In this document: piece by piece, positions 47,275 through 58,106 of the stretch
Layout: each line of letters begins with the position of its first letter
Position numbering within the stretch: the stretch's first letter is position 1
Origin: an uncultured Desulfobacterales bacterium
GTDB lineage: Bacteria > Desulfobacterota > Desulfobacteria > Desulfobacterales > 4572-123
Assembly (NCBI GenBank): GCA_942490765.1
Contig: CALNYM010000006.1
Coordinates: 165-64,164 of the forward strand
Direction of reading: 5' to 3'
DNA: 64,000 nucleotides
Notes under the pieces: model-generated
Database searches by the model: none
Told to the model about the DNA's origin: nothing
Seen by the model: only the letters and a program-made list of their open reading frames with translations
Position numbers and translations under genes: made by a program

Positions 47275-49288
47275 CGAGTTCAACAAACCTGCGTCCTTTG
47301 ATCGTTAACAGGCAGGGGTTTCTGACGGCGTCCCCACTTTGATCAAATGCCGTCAGACCGGTTACGCCGTTGAAACCGGAAATATTTAAAAGCCGATCCC
47401 GCATATCGTTTCTCAAGCATACCTGACACTGTCCAAGCGCGCCGAACACCATACGGGCTGTATCATAAGCCACCGCTTCGATAAATCCCGGACTGGTTTG
47501 AAAGGCCTTTTGAAACGCCTGGTTGAATTGTCTGACAGTGTCCGAATCCCGGTGTTCAAAAAAACCATCGGGCATAACGGCAACGCCCTGAAGAAATTCT
47601 CCGGCTATTTTAATCAGGTGTTGCGAATGCCAGAGATTGGTCCCCAGGAGATAGACATCCTTAATATCATAAAACGCCAGTTGGGGGATTACCAGGCCCA
47701 CCGTGTTCGGTGCATCGGGGATAAAAACCGCATCAAAATCAACGACGGCCTGGGGTTCCGCATCGACCTCCGCATCGACCTCCGTATCGGTTATGCCATC
47801 CTCGGGAACCGTCATTTCCCCCATGTTTTCGGGCAAACCCGTTATTGGGTCCTTTGCTTCGGCAATCAAGAGGTATTGTTCCAATTCTTCTTTGAGCGCA
47901 TTGGACGGCTCATAATAAAGACCGGCCAGTTTTTTAACGGCATCTGCAAAATCAGTTTGGCCCGGATCGTAGGATTCAACGCCGACAATCTGCCCGCCAT
48001 AGGCCAGAACTTCGTCCCAGAAAAGCTGCATGAAGGTCGATCCGTATTTTTCTTGCGGGTACAGAATAGCTACTTTTTTGATCTCAAGCCTGTCAAAAGC
48101 ATAGGCTGCCAATGCCTTAACCTGCATTTTAGATGTGAGAAAATTTCTTAAAACATAATCACCAATTTCGGTAATCTGGTCTTTTTGGGAAAAAACAACA
48201 ATGGGCACCTGGCTCAACTGGGCCTGGCGGGATGCGACGTCGGCCATGGCCATGGGGCCGATGATGGCGGCCACACCCGCATTGACCAGTTCCTTCACCC
48301 CGGCAACAGCCTTTTCCGGATCTGACCCGCTGTCTTTGATGATCAGGTGCAAAAGCGGGTCGGTTGAAGTGCCACCGGTCATTGAGACGGCCAGTTCTAT
48401 ACCGCGTAACACCCTTTGACCGTATGATTTATAGGGGCCTGTAAGCGGCAGGAGGCATCCCACGAGGCCGGGTTGATAGCCGGCGGTGTGTTTAATCTCT
48501 TCGATTAAACGGGCGGCATCGGTTGCATATTCGTGCCCTGGAAAACGCGCTGTCAGTTCCGATAAAGCCGTCAGCGCGGCGGCGTCATTTTTATCGGCAA
48601 TCTGACGGAGCCCCATTTGATAGAGCAGGTATCCCCTTGCTAAAGCGTCGCTTTCCAGCCGGTAGAGCAACGTTCGAATGGCAGTTGTTTCCAACTGCAG
48701 CGCTGTTTGTTTGAGTTTGTCGGCGATGGCCTGCCCTGTTGTGTCCTGGGTGTGTTCAAAGGCTGCGGCATAATAGTAAAAGGCCTCCACCGGATTTTCC
48801 ATGGCGCCATATGTATCGCCAAGGAGCATCTCCAGTCTTGCTTTTTGTTCCGGTAACGTCATTTGCTCCCGAAGATCCGCCGCCTGTTCAACAACATCAC
48901 CGAAACGGCCTTCCCCGTACAGGCAGGTCAGCACCTCTATTGACGCATCGGCTAAAAACAGACTGTCCGGATATTCCGCTGTCAGGCGATTGTATGCCCG
49001 GCAGGCCGCCTCAATATTACCGGACAGACGCCCGGCAGCCCCTATTTTCATCAAGGCCGTGTCAGCGTGCCCGCTGTCCGGGAACCGGACCATGAACGCC
49101 ATGTAGGTCTCCAGAGCCCGGTCATACGCCTTTGACTGAAAAAATGTTTCAGCCCGGGACCAAAGCACGTCTTCCGATGCGGTATCTCCGGAAACCGATG
49201 GTGCCACCGTTGTGGGTAGCGGTTTCTGCGCACACGCCCCCACAAACAATAAAATCCCGATCATGAATAATCTGCCAAATAGATTCAT
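47255..49288 (-). CDS. lipoprotein with TPR N-domain and type-1 periplasmic-binding C-domain (LpoA-like)
   Basis: Lipobox LFVGAC. TPR-like repeats. LivK/Peripla_BP_6-like C-terminal half. Confidence 0.7.
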   Translation of the reverse strand: MNLFGRLFMIGILLFVGACAQKPLPTTVAPSVSGDTASEDVLWSRAETFFQSKAYDRALETYMAFMVRFPDSGHADTALMKIGAAGRLSGNIEAACRAYNRLTAEYPDSLFLADASIEVLTCLYGEGRFGDVVEQAADLREQMTLPEQKARLEMLLGDTYGAMENPVEAFYYYAAAFEHTQDTTGQAIADKLKQTALQLETTAIRTLLYRLESDALARGYLLYQMGLRQIADKNDAAALTALSELTARFPGHEYATDAARLIEEIKHTAGYQPGLVGCLLPLTGPYKSYGQRVLRGIELAVSMTGGTSTDPLLHLIIKDSGSDPEKAVAGVKELVNAGVAAIIGPMAMADVASRQAQLSQVPIVVFSQKDQITEIGDYVLRNFLTSKMQVKALAAYAFDRLEIKKVAILYPQEKYGSTFMQLFWDEVLAYGGQIVGVESYDPGQTDFADAVKKLAGLYYEPSNALKEELEQYLLIAEAKDPITGLPENMGEMTVPEDGITDTEVDAEVDAEPQAVVDFDAVFIPDAPNTVGLVIPQLAFYDIKDVYLLGTNLWHSQHLIKIAGEFLQGVAVMPDGFFEHRDSDTVRQFNQAFQKAFQTSPGFIEAVAYDTARMVFGALGQCQVCLRNDMRDRLLNISGFNGVTGLTAFDQSGDAVRNPCLLTIKGRRFVELDANGKN

Positions 49289-49500
49289 AATGATAAAAAG
49301 GTCCTTTGAAAAATGCTGTTTTCCGAATCAAGACTATGTTATATTCCACATCAATACTAGTCCATACCATATTTATCAAACCGAAAAAAACAAAAAGGGC
49401 TCCTTGCTGTTTCGTGTGGGTAAAAATGATTGACAAACGCAGCAACAGGTATAGATATTAAATATATTTTTAAAAACCATCAAAACCGGAGGGAGAAACG

Positions 49501-50790
49501 ATGAAGAAAAATATGGCGCCTTTAAATTTTGAAAAAGCACTTGAAATAGGGCGTCCGCCCAATGTGGTAAAGCTTTTTCCGAATTCAAAAGCACTTTTAG
49601 TCAGTGGTAAATTCATCGACCGTGCCATGCTGGCCAAAGGTCAGGCCATTGCCATGGCGGCCAATGGCCGAAACAGTTTTGTCATCCGTGGTGCACTGAG
49701 GGCTGCTCAAAAGGCAAACGCCTGTATTATGATTGAAATTGCCCGTTCCGAAGGCGGCGCATCTGCCTATTGTGCCGTTAACTATTGGAATATTGCTCGA
49801 CAGGTGGACGCGCTTTGCAACGAGATGGGCATTACGATTCCCGTTGCGATCCATGCGGACCACTACGGCATTAAAAAAGAAGGGGATATCGCCGGTGCCA
49901 AGATTGAAATTCCGACTATTTTCGAAGCCGGGCTGACCTCTATTGCTATTGATGCGTCTCACCTGCCCGATGATAAGAATCTTGCCGCCAATATCGCCCT
50001 TAACCCCTTTATCCCAGGCTGGGCGGGGCTTGAAACGGAAGTGGGTGAAATTAAGGGTAAGACCGGCCTGTCCACCGTTGATGAAGCCCGATTTTTGATT
50101 CAGGGCCTGAATGCCCATGATATTTTTCCGGACTGGATCGCCTTAAACAACGGTACCACCCACGGCATTGAGGCCAGCGATCAGGGAATCCAGATCGAGT
50201 TGACCGCCGATATCCATAAGGCGCTGGCACCGTACCATATGTCCGGTGCCCAGCACGGCACATCCGGTAACAACTCCGACCGGCTGCGGGCCATTGCCGC
50301 CAAAACCAAAACCACCAAAGCCAATGTTGCCACGGCCCTGCAGATGATTTCCTGGGGGCTTCAGGTAAATGATTACGGCAATGCCATCCTCGATGACAAT
50401 GGCGGGTTCATCAAAGTCAAAGGCGAGGGAATGACCGAAGCCATGTGGGCCCAGATGCTTGCCGCAGCCGATGCAAAGGGGTTGAAGGCCGGCGATTTCA
50501 AAAAATTGAACCTGCCCTTTGAAAACAAGCTCCTGGGGCAACCGGCGGAGATACGGGAGCGGATGGCGAAAAGGGTCGAAGACTTCGTCTATAACATGCT
50601 CATCAATGTCTTCAATGCCGGGGATACCGCGCCGCTGGCCATTGAGGCGATTCTTGCCGCCGGATCCTATGACGCCGGGGCCAAAACAGGGCGTATCGAA
50701 GACCCGGCCGAATGGACACCGGAAAAATTCACTGCGAGAGCCGGTACCCTCGACAGCGACAAGGGTGAAAAAGGCGAGTTTGATGATTAA
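49501..50790 (+). CDS. fba: class II ketose-bisphosphate aldolase (long form)
   Basis: HADHYG...IDASHL...HGTSG metal and substrate motifs. Confidence 0.85.
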   Translation: MKKNMAPLNFEKALEIGRPPNVVKLFPNSKALLVSGKFIDRAMLAKGQAIAMAANGRNSFVIRGALRAAQKANACIMIEIARSEGGASAYCAVNYWNIARQVDALCNEMGITIPVAIHADHYGIKKEGDIAGAKIEIPTIFEAGLTSIAIDASHLPDDKNLAANIALNPFIPGWAGLETEVGEIKGKTGLSTVDEARFLIQGLNAHDIFPDWIALNNGTTHGIEASDQGIQIELTADIHKALAPYHMSGAQHGTSGNNSDRLRAIAAKTKTTKANVATALQMISWGLQVNDYGNAILDDNGGFIKVKGEGMTEAMWAQMLAAADAKGLKAGDFKKLNLPFENKLLGQPAEIRERMAKRVEDFVYNMLINVFNAGDTAPLAIEAILAAGSYDAGAKTGRIEDPAEWTPEKFTARAGTLDSDKGEKGEFDD

Positions 50791-50840
50791 GGCCGGTACC
50801 CGGCGAACTGTTTTGGTGGTTTGCTGAGGATACGCGGGTA

Positions 50841-50972
50841 TTCAGGTTGAAGGTTGTTTAGACGGAAGGTTAAAGGCATTCTGCCTATTTGACAGGTAAC
50901 CCTACCGTCAGCCTTCTACCTGAATATAAAGATTTTTACGCAGCCATCTCAACTATATTTTACGAGACCGTC
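50841..50972 (+). repeat. R2 repeat, copy e (5'-truncated)
   Basis: caggttgaagg...aaggcattctgcctatttgacagg...ccttctacctg...tacgagaccgtc. Confidence 0.8.
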
Positions 50973-51092
50973 AAAGTTCAAGTGACAATAACTTCGTGCC
51001 CGGGCGCTACATCCGGATGTGGAACCCGGTGCGAAGTTTAAACAATAGCGCAAGAAAATTCGACTGGATTAAAACCGGGCCGAAAAAAGCCA

Positions 51093-51941
51093 TCAATCCG
51101 ATAGGGTTCGTTTGGCTTCATCCCAGAGATGGTCCATCTCCTTTCGGGAAGCCGCATCCATATCGCCGCCTTTTTCCGCTAAAACCGTTTCCATATACTT
51201 AAATCTTTTTTTGAACTTGCCAATGGCATCATTCAAAGCGGTTTCCGGATGAATATGGGCAAACCGGGCCATATTGGTTAGGGTAAACAGCAGGTCACCA
51301 AATTCCATCGATATATCCCGATGATCCTCCTGGCCCGGAGAAACGGTTTGCCCCCGGGTTTCCAGGGCCTCTTTGAATTCAGTCCACTCCTCTTCAACCT
51401 TGTCCATCACCCCCTGGCTGTCATTCCAGTCAAAACCGGTACGGGCGGCCCTTTCGGAGATCCTGTAGGCTCTCATCAACGCCGGAAGTTTATTCGGCAC
51501 GGAATCAAGCAAAGATGTTTTTGGGGCATGATTTTTTTCCACGGCCTTGATCTGGTGCCATCTCTGCCTGACCTGTTCACTGGTCTCAAGGGCTTCGTTT
51601 CCATATACATGGGGATGCCGCCGGATCATTTTTTCAATATTGACGGCCATCACATCCCGGATATTGAAATGCCCGGCCTCCTGGTACAATCTGGCAATAA
51701 ACACAATCTGGAAAAGGACGTCCCCGAGTTCTTCACAGACATCGCCCGGTTTGCCGGATGCAATGGCAGTGACCAGTTCGTACATCTCTTCGATGAGGTA
51801 AACCGAGAGGGTCTCGGGGGTCTGTTTTTTGTCCCAGGGGCATCCGTCCTCCCCCCGTAACCGTTCAACGACCTCAAGCAGGTCCTTTAGCGCCGCGGGC
51901 GGTTTGTCTGAAGGGGCGGTTTCTATTTGTGATTTTTCCAA
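51093..51941 (-). CDS. mazG: nucleoside triphosphate pyrophosphohydrolase
   Basis: GCPWDKKQT, EEMYEL, tandem MazG domains. TTG start. Confidence 0.9.
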   Translation of the reverse strand: MEKSQIETAPSDKPPAALKDLLEVVERLRGEDGCPWDKKQTPETLSVYLIEEMYELVTAIASGKPGDVCEELGDVLFQIVFIARLYQEAGHFNIRDVMAVNIEKMIRRHPHVYGNEALETSEQVRQRWHQIKAVEKNHAPKTSLLDSVPNKLPALMRAYRISERAARTGFDWNDSQGVMDKVEEEWTEFKEALETRGQTVSPGQEDHRDISMEFGDLLFTLTNMARFAHIHPETALNDAIGKFKKRFKYMETVLAEKGGDMDAASRKEMDHLWDEAKRTLSD

Positions 51942-52450
51942 ATCTTTTTAAGCTCCTCAATCTTAGCTGAAAAATCACGCTTCATATTGTGAGAAACGAC
52001 CTTGACCATTTTTTCAGACACCTGGGATACATGGGGCGACAGTATGGATTTTGCAATAATGGGGGCCCCTTTGGGCAGAAAAGCGGTGAGCAGTATGAAA
52101 ATGACACAAACAATCAGTCCGCCTCTTATGAGGCCGAACAAAGCACCGAAAATGCGGTCAAACCATCCCAGAAAGGAGATGTTCAGAATATATTTAATAA
52201 TGACACCCAGGATACTGATGATTAAAAACACGCCCACAAAAATAATCAAAAAACTCAATATATTGAGATAGGCCGTATCGGATATCCACCGGGCCAGCAG
52301 TTTCCCCAGATGACCATAATAGGTATAGGCGGCATAAAACCCCCCCAGGACACCGACAATAGAAGAGATTTCCTTTATCAGGCCCCTGAAAATGCCTCGA
52401 ACCAGGCAGTAACCCATGATGATAATGACGGCGATATCAAAAAAATTCAT
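51923..52450 (-). CDS. cvpA: CvpA-family membrane protein
   Basis: MNFFDIAVIIIMGYCLVRGIFRGLIKE is the typical CvpA N-terminus. Confidence 0.8.
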   Translation of the reverse strand: MNFFDIAVIIIMGYCLVRGIFRGLIKEISSIVGVLGGFYAAYTYYGHLGKLLARWISDTAYLNILSFLIIFVGVFLIISILGVIIKYILNISFLGWFDRIFGALFGLIRGGLIVCVIFILLTAFLPKGAPIIAKSILSPHVSQVSEKMVKVVSHNMKRDFSAKIEELKKIWKNHK

Positions 52451-52703
52451 ATTATTCCCTTTGGTTAAACGGTATCGGGCTGCTAAATTAACAAAGCCTA
52501 TTTTTCCCGTCAAGGCATTTTATTCACGACAAGGTAAAATCAAAGTGCCGTTTGCAAGGGGCCTGAAAATTTTGTATCTTTTTACCAGGTCAAAACAGAC
52601 TTGACTTAAATGATATCAATCGTATATTGACTTTCATGTCGTTTAGCGATAAAAAATATCCTTTTTTTCGATCTGTGCGGGATCATTTTATTTCATTCAA
52701 TGA

Positions 52704-52873
52704 TGACGTCTCGTAAAACCAACTCCTGCCTTTGCGCATTTCGAATCTTCAACGTACGATAAGTACGCCGAGGGCGAATGGATCATTCTTGGATTATAGA
52801 TAATCAGACAAAAATAAATTCCCTTCGGATATATGACCACTCGTGGTCTGGAAAAGCTTTTACGAGCTCATCA
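52704..52873 (+). repeat. degenerate R1-derived sequence at the phoH 5' end
   Basis: gacgtctcgtaaaaccaactcctgcc...caacgtacgataagtacgcc...cttttacgagctcatca. Confidence 0.6.
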
Positions 52874-53869
52874 ATGATAAAAGGATCTTCTATTATAGAT
52901 AATCAGACAAAAATAACCTTTGCAGATATTGAACTGTCCAGGCAACTTTTCGGTGAACATAACAAAAATCTGCAAAAAATCGCAACGGCGCTGGGTATTC
53001 AAATTAATGCCCGCGGCAATACCGTTATTGTTTCCGGAGATAGCATTCAGGCGGCCCTGGCCCAAAATATTCTCAAACAGCTCTACGGCCTTTTGAAAAG
53101 TAATTATCCGCTTTACCCCAATGACATCGGCTATGCCATCACGGCTTTGAGCGGCAACGACCAGGTCAACCTTAAAGACCTTTTTCTGGATAAGATTTTC
53201 ATCACTTCCAAAAAACAGGCCATAACCCCTAAAAACCCTGCCCAGAAAAACTATATAGACGCGATTCGAATGTTTGATATTGTTTTCAGTATCGGCCCCG
53301 CCGGAACCGGAAAAACATACCTGGCCATGGCCATGGCGGTTTCAGCCCTTGCCAAGGGGATCGTCAGCCGTATTGTCTTAACCCGGCCCGCCGTTGAAGC
53401 GGGAGAGGCCCTGGGGTTTTTGCCCGGGGACCTTACGGAAAAAGTCGATCCCTACCTGCGGCCGTTATACGATGCGCTGCACGACATGATGAAATTTGAA
53501 AAAGTGGCTGATTTGATGCAAAAAAGGATCATTGAAGTTGCCCCCATCGCATTTATGCGCGGGCGGACCCTGAATGATTCCTTTATCATTCTGGATGAAG
53601 CACAAAATACAACTTCTGAACAGATGAAAATGTTTCTTACCCGGATCGGATTCAACTCTAAAGCGGTGATCACCGGAGATATTACGCAGGTGGATATTCC
53701 TGTCGAAAAAATATCCGGTTTGGTCCAGGCGAAAAAAATTCTGCAGGATATAGACGGGATCAAATTTGTCTTTTTTTCTAAAACCGACGTCGTAAGACAC
53801 CGACTGGTTCAGGATATTATCAAGGCATACGAAGATTTGGCGGCCCAAAAGACCGCCGATGTCCTATAA
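52874..53869 (+). CDS. phoH: PhoH-family ATPase
   Basis: GPAGTGKTYLA Walker A, ILDEAQN. The ORF stays open upstream to 52778 through a duplicated 5' end. Confidence 0.9.
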   Translation: MIKGSSIIDNQTKITFADIELSRQLFGEHNKNLQKIATALGIQINARGNTVIVSGDSIQAALAQNILKQLYGLLKSNYPLYPNDIGYAITALSGNDQVNLKDLFLDKIFITSKKQAITPKNPAQKNYIDAIRMFDIVFSIGPAGTGKTYLAMAMAVSALAKGIVSRIVLTRPAVEAGEALGFLPGDLTEKVDPYLRPLYDALHDMMKFEKVADLMQKRIIEVAPIAFMRGRTLNDSFIILDEAQNTTSEQMKMFLTRIGFNSKAVITGDITQVDIPVEKISGLVQAKKILQDIDGIKFVFFSKTDVVRHRLVQDIIKAYEDLAAQKTADVL

Positions 53870-53956
53870 ACAAGTGATCCGTTTTGATTTCAAATGCTTA
53901 AATTCGCTTGTAAATAGAATGCCGAATGATTGACGAACACCGGACAAGTCATACTT

Positions 53957-56367
53957 ATGGGAAAAAACAAACACATTTTCAACGATTTTATCATCTCGGG
54001 CAACACGGTTCGGTGGATCATTTTAGTCCTTGTTACCGTCATTTTCACCATTATTTTTTATCCGAATCTGGCGACGCACCAGCACATTTACCAACTGGGT
54101 GATGTCGTTGAACGGGACATCAAGGCCCCCAAAGACTTTCTGGTGGAAGACGACAGGGCCACTGAAGAAAGCCGCAATCGGGCCGTTGAAAATGTGTTAA
54201 CCGTCTATGATCACAATACCGCACTTCTTGTTCAATTGACCAAAAAAATACAGGCGGCGTTTGGTGTTGTTCAGCAGGTTATCACCGCCGAGGCTCAGGC
54301 GCCATTGACCCCCCCCTCGACGCGCCCGGTGCAGACGCCGGACCGATGGTTGAAACGCCGGCCCCCAAAGCGTCCTTGAAGGATAGAATCTGGCAGAAAA
54401 AGACCGAATTTGAAGAAAAAATCGGCATCAGTGTCAGTAAAGAAGACTATCGGATTCTTGAAAACAATCGGTTTTCGGAGGAAATTCCGGCATTAATTAT
54501 CCAGATTATCACCGCTATTCTGGACAATGGCGTGGTTGCCAACAAACAGATTCTGCTCGCAGAATCGGATAGAGGCATCACCTTAAGAGACCTTTCCACC
54601 AAAACCGAAACCATTGTTTTTAATTTGAAGCAGTTTTACAGCCTTGACCAGTCCAAGTCCATGGTGAGAATTATCGGCCAGCCGCTGCTCAAGGAGATGC
54701 ATTACACATTGCTGAACCTTGTCGTTGATTTTTCCCAGCGCCTTATACAGCCGAATATCACACTGAATCAAAGTGCCACCGAGGAACGAAAAAAAAAGGT
54801 GGGCGAGTCAATCCTGCCCATTTTATATAAAATCAAAGCCGGCGAAATGCTTATGCGGGAGGGCGAACGGGTCAACCAGATTCAGTTGCTCAAACTTAAA
54901 AATTTGCAGGCCCAGACCAATGATGATCAGGCCATCGCCAACGGCCTGGGCGCCGCCCTGGTGGTTCTCTGTCTCCTCCTCATAGCCTATTTTTCCTTTC
55001 TTCATAATCATCCCCGGATTGCCCGCAATTACAACAAAAGTATTTTGTTTCTATCCAGTGTCCTGATAATTTTTCTTGTTATTATTAAAGTGTCGGCTAT
55101 TTTGTCCGAGCCCCTGGCGCTGAGTGCCTCTTATGCTTTTTCAGTTGCGTCCATGACAGGAGCGATTCCCGTAGCCGCAGGGGCAATGATCGTCTGTCTG
55201 TTTATGGGATTTCAGATCGCCGTCCCTTTTGCGTTTATTCTATCTGCCCTTACGGCGGTTTTGTTTCAAAATCAGTTTGAAATATTCCTCTATTTTTGCC
55301 TGAGCAGCCTCATGGGGGCATTCTGGACCCAGACCTGCAGGGAACGCAAAAGCCTGATCAAGGCAGGGGTAAAGGTGGGGTTTCTCAACCTGATCCTGAC
55401 CTCGGTCATTACGCTTTATATGGGAGAGCTTGTCGGGCTCAACTTGCTATGGGACTGGTCTTTTGCCATGCTGGGGGGCATCAGTGCCGGTGTTGTCACC
55501 CTGGGCATAACACCGCTTTTTGAAATGGCGTTCAGGTATACCACGGATATCTCACTGCTCGAACTTGCCAATCTTGACCGGCCGATTCTTAAACGGCTTA
55601 TGCTCGAAGCCCCCGGGACCTACCATCATTCCATCCTTGTGGGGACGATGGTTGAAGCAGCGGCCTCGGAAATCGGCGCCAATCCGCTGCTGGCAAAAGT
55701 ATGCGCCTATTATCACGATATCGGTAAACTCAAAAACCCGCTTTATTTTATTGAAAATCAGTCAAATGGTAAAAACCGGCATGACAAACTGGCACCGTCC
55801 ATGTCGGGCCTGATCCTTATCTCCCATGTCAAAAACGGGATTGAACTTGCCAAAAAAAACAAATTGGGCGAGGTCATCATCGACACCATAAGTCAGCATC
55901 ATGGCACCAGCCTCATCAGTTATTTTTATGAAAAGGCCAAGCAATTGAAGGGTGAGGAGAATGTCAATATAGAGAATTACCGATACCCCGGACCCAAGCC
56001 GCAAACCCGTGAGGCAGGCCTTGTGATGCTGGCGGATGTGGTTGAAGCCGCCTCCAGAACCCTGGAAAATCCGACGCCTTCAAGGATACGGGGGCTGGTT
56101 CAGAATATGATCAATAAAATTTTTTCCGATGGGCAACTGGATGAATGTGAACTGACATTAAAGGATCTGCATAAAATTGCCCGAAGTTATTATGCCATGT
56201 TAAGCGGTATATACCACCACCGCATAGAATATGCCGACACCACCAGGGACAATGGAAAGGGTAAAAATGGGCATTCTGATCAACGACAGACAAAATCGGT
56301 ACAAGATAGCGCCGAAAAAAATAGAGGCGATGATTCAGGTCATCTTAAACGCCTTGGACTTTCCTGA
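53957..56367 (+). pseudogene. 7TM-HD (PgpH/YqfF-like) HDIG phosphohydrolase, split by a frameshift at a C8 tract
   Basis: N-terminal 140 aa are in frame 2 (53957-54379). The 7TM region plus HD domain (HSILVG...YYHDIGK) are in frame 1 (54346-56367). The frames can be joined at cccccccc, 54309-54316. Confidence 0.6.
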
Positions 56368-56713
56368 TGCGGAGCTTTCAATTTTGATAGTGGATGATCC
56401 TGAAATCGCAACGTTAAACGGGCAATACCTCCACCGCGAGGGCCCGACCAACGTCATCGCATTTCCGATGTTAGAAGGTGATTTTGCCGACATTTCACCC
56501 CAACTGCTCGGCGATGTGGTGGTTTCCATGGACACGGCACAAAAAGAAGCCGATATCGCGGGGATCCATGTGGATGAACGCCTGCTTGAACTTCTGGTAC
56601 ACGGTATTCTTCACCTCGTGGGCTATGATCATGAACTTTCGGAAACCGAAGCCTTTCGGATGGACGCCAAAAGCCATGAACTGCTGGCACTGGTGAAAGA
56701 TTTGGCCGATTAA
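56267..56713 (+). CDS. ybeY: rRNA maturation endoribonuclease YbeY
   Basis: HGILHLVGYDH zinc motif. Confidence 0.9.
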   Translation: MGILINDRQNRYKIAPKKIEAMIQVILNALDFPDAELSILIVDDPEIATLNGQYLHREGPTNVIAFPMLEGDFADISPQLLGDVVVSMDTAQKEADIAGIHVDERLLELLVHGILHLVGYDHELSETEAFRMDAKSHELLALVKDLAD

Positions 56714-56718
56714 AGTGT

Positions 56719-56827
56719 GTCCAACTCCTGCGTTGTGCTGCAGCCCGTAATCATTCAACGTACGATGGTTACGCCTCATGATTACAAAATTTGCACGCCT
56801 TGAATTTAAACTTTTTACGAGACCGTC
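56719..56827 (+). repeat. R1 repeat, copy f (5'-truncated)
   Basis: gtccaactcctgcgttgtgctgca...actttttacgagaccgtc. Confidence 0.85.
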
Positions 56828-56901
56828 AAAATCCGATCGCTGTTTTGTATCCGTGGACCATAACTGTAAACCGTGATCACTTACCGGGCGAGGAGTTTTA
56901 A

Positions 56902-57621
56902 ATGTCTCAACTAATCGTCAACATTGACAGAATCGCCGCCTTGCGGCAAATCGGCAAATCGGCCGTTCCGGACCCCGCTGCCGCTGCCGTCCTCATCGAG
57001 ACGGCCGGGGCCCATGGCGTGGCGGTTCATCTTTGGAAAGATCGGCGCCATATTCAGGATCGGGATGTCCGGATACTCAGGCAGATTGTCCAATCTCTGT
57101 TTATTTTGAAAATTGCCCCGACGTCTGAAATGGCGGGCATCGCTCTTGACCTTAAACCCGACCGTATTGTCCTGGTGCCGGAAAAATATGAAGAAACCAC
57201 CCCCGGGGGCGGGCTCGATCTGATTGTGCATAAGGATTCCGTTGCTGAATTTATCTCTACCTTTCAAAATAACGGGCTGTCGGCCGGTGTCCTGGTGGAT
57301 GCCGAGCCGGAGCAGATCAGAATTGCCCATCAAATTAATGCCAATCAGGTAACCCTGCATTTAAACACGTTCCGTGACGCAAAAACGACTATCAAAAAGC
57401 AACGGGCTTTTGATGAAATAGTCGATGCCATTAAGCTTTCCCAGAGGCTTAATCTGCATGTGACGGTGTGCCGCGGATTGGATTATCATACGATCAGGGC
57501 CTTTGAGAAACTGCCGGAGATAGATGAATTTCTCATAGGGCACGGCATCGTGGCCAGGGCCGTGCTCACCGGGCTTGAAAAGGCGGTCCGGGATATGCTG
57601 GATCTGATCAAAACGCTTTGA
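56902..57621 (+). CDS. pdxJ: pyridoxine 5'-phosphate synthase
   Basis: VNIDRIAALRQ..., TPGGGLD, GHGIV. About 240 aa TIM barrel. Confidence 0.9.
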   Translation: MSQLIVNIDRIAALRQIGKSAVPDPAAAAVLIETAGAHGVAVHLWKDRRHIQDRDVRILRQIVQSLFILKIAPTSEMAGIALDLKPDRIVLVPEKYEETTPGGGLDLIVHKDSVAEFISTFQNNGLSAGVLVDAEPEQIRIAHQINANQVTLHLNTFRDAKTTIKKQRAFDEIVDAIKLSQRLNLHVTVCRGLDYHTIRAFEKLPEIDEFLIGHGIVARAVLTGLEKAVRDMLDLIKTL

Positions 57622-58106
57622 CATCTGTGTTAACATACCAGATTTTATCCCACTCACCCGAACAGACCCGGGCCCTGGGAAAAAAAATCGGGCAACTCAT
57701 GGTCAACGGCACCATCCTGGCCCTTTACGGCGATCTGGGAAGCGGCAAGACTGTTCTGGTCCAGGGATTGGCCGCCGGACTGGATGTGCCGGACACCTGC
57801 TATGTGACCAGTCCGACCTATACCCTGATAAATGAATATCCGGGGCGACTGCCGCTCTTTCATGTTGATTTATATCGATTAAACGAAGCCCTTGACATGG
57901 AAGAGATCGGATTGTATGACATTCTTCGCCAAAACAATATTACCGCCATAGAATGGGCTGAACGGCTGGCGGGTGATCTGCCCCGGGACTATTTGGCGGT
58001 TGATTTTACGATAATAAGCGATACCTCGCGCAAAATCAGCATACTGGGCCATGGTGCGGCCCCAGGACGCCTTTTGGAAAAAATGAAAAACCAAGTTGAG
58101 GAATGA
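57618..58106 (+). CDS. tsaE: tRNA t6A biosynthesis ATPase TsaE
   Basis: LYGDLGSGKT, SPTYTL, HVDLYRL. TTG start overlaps the pdxJ stop. Confidence 0.85.
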   Translation: MTSVLTYQILSHSPEQTRALGKKIGQLMVNGTILALYGDLGSGKTVLVQGLAAGLDVPDTCYVTSPTYTLINEYPGRLPLFHVDLYRLNEALDMEEIGLYDILRQNNITAIEWAERLAGDLPRDYLAVDFTIISDTSRKISILGHGAAPGRLLEKMKNQVEE

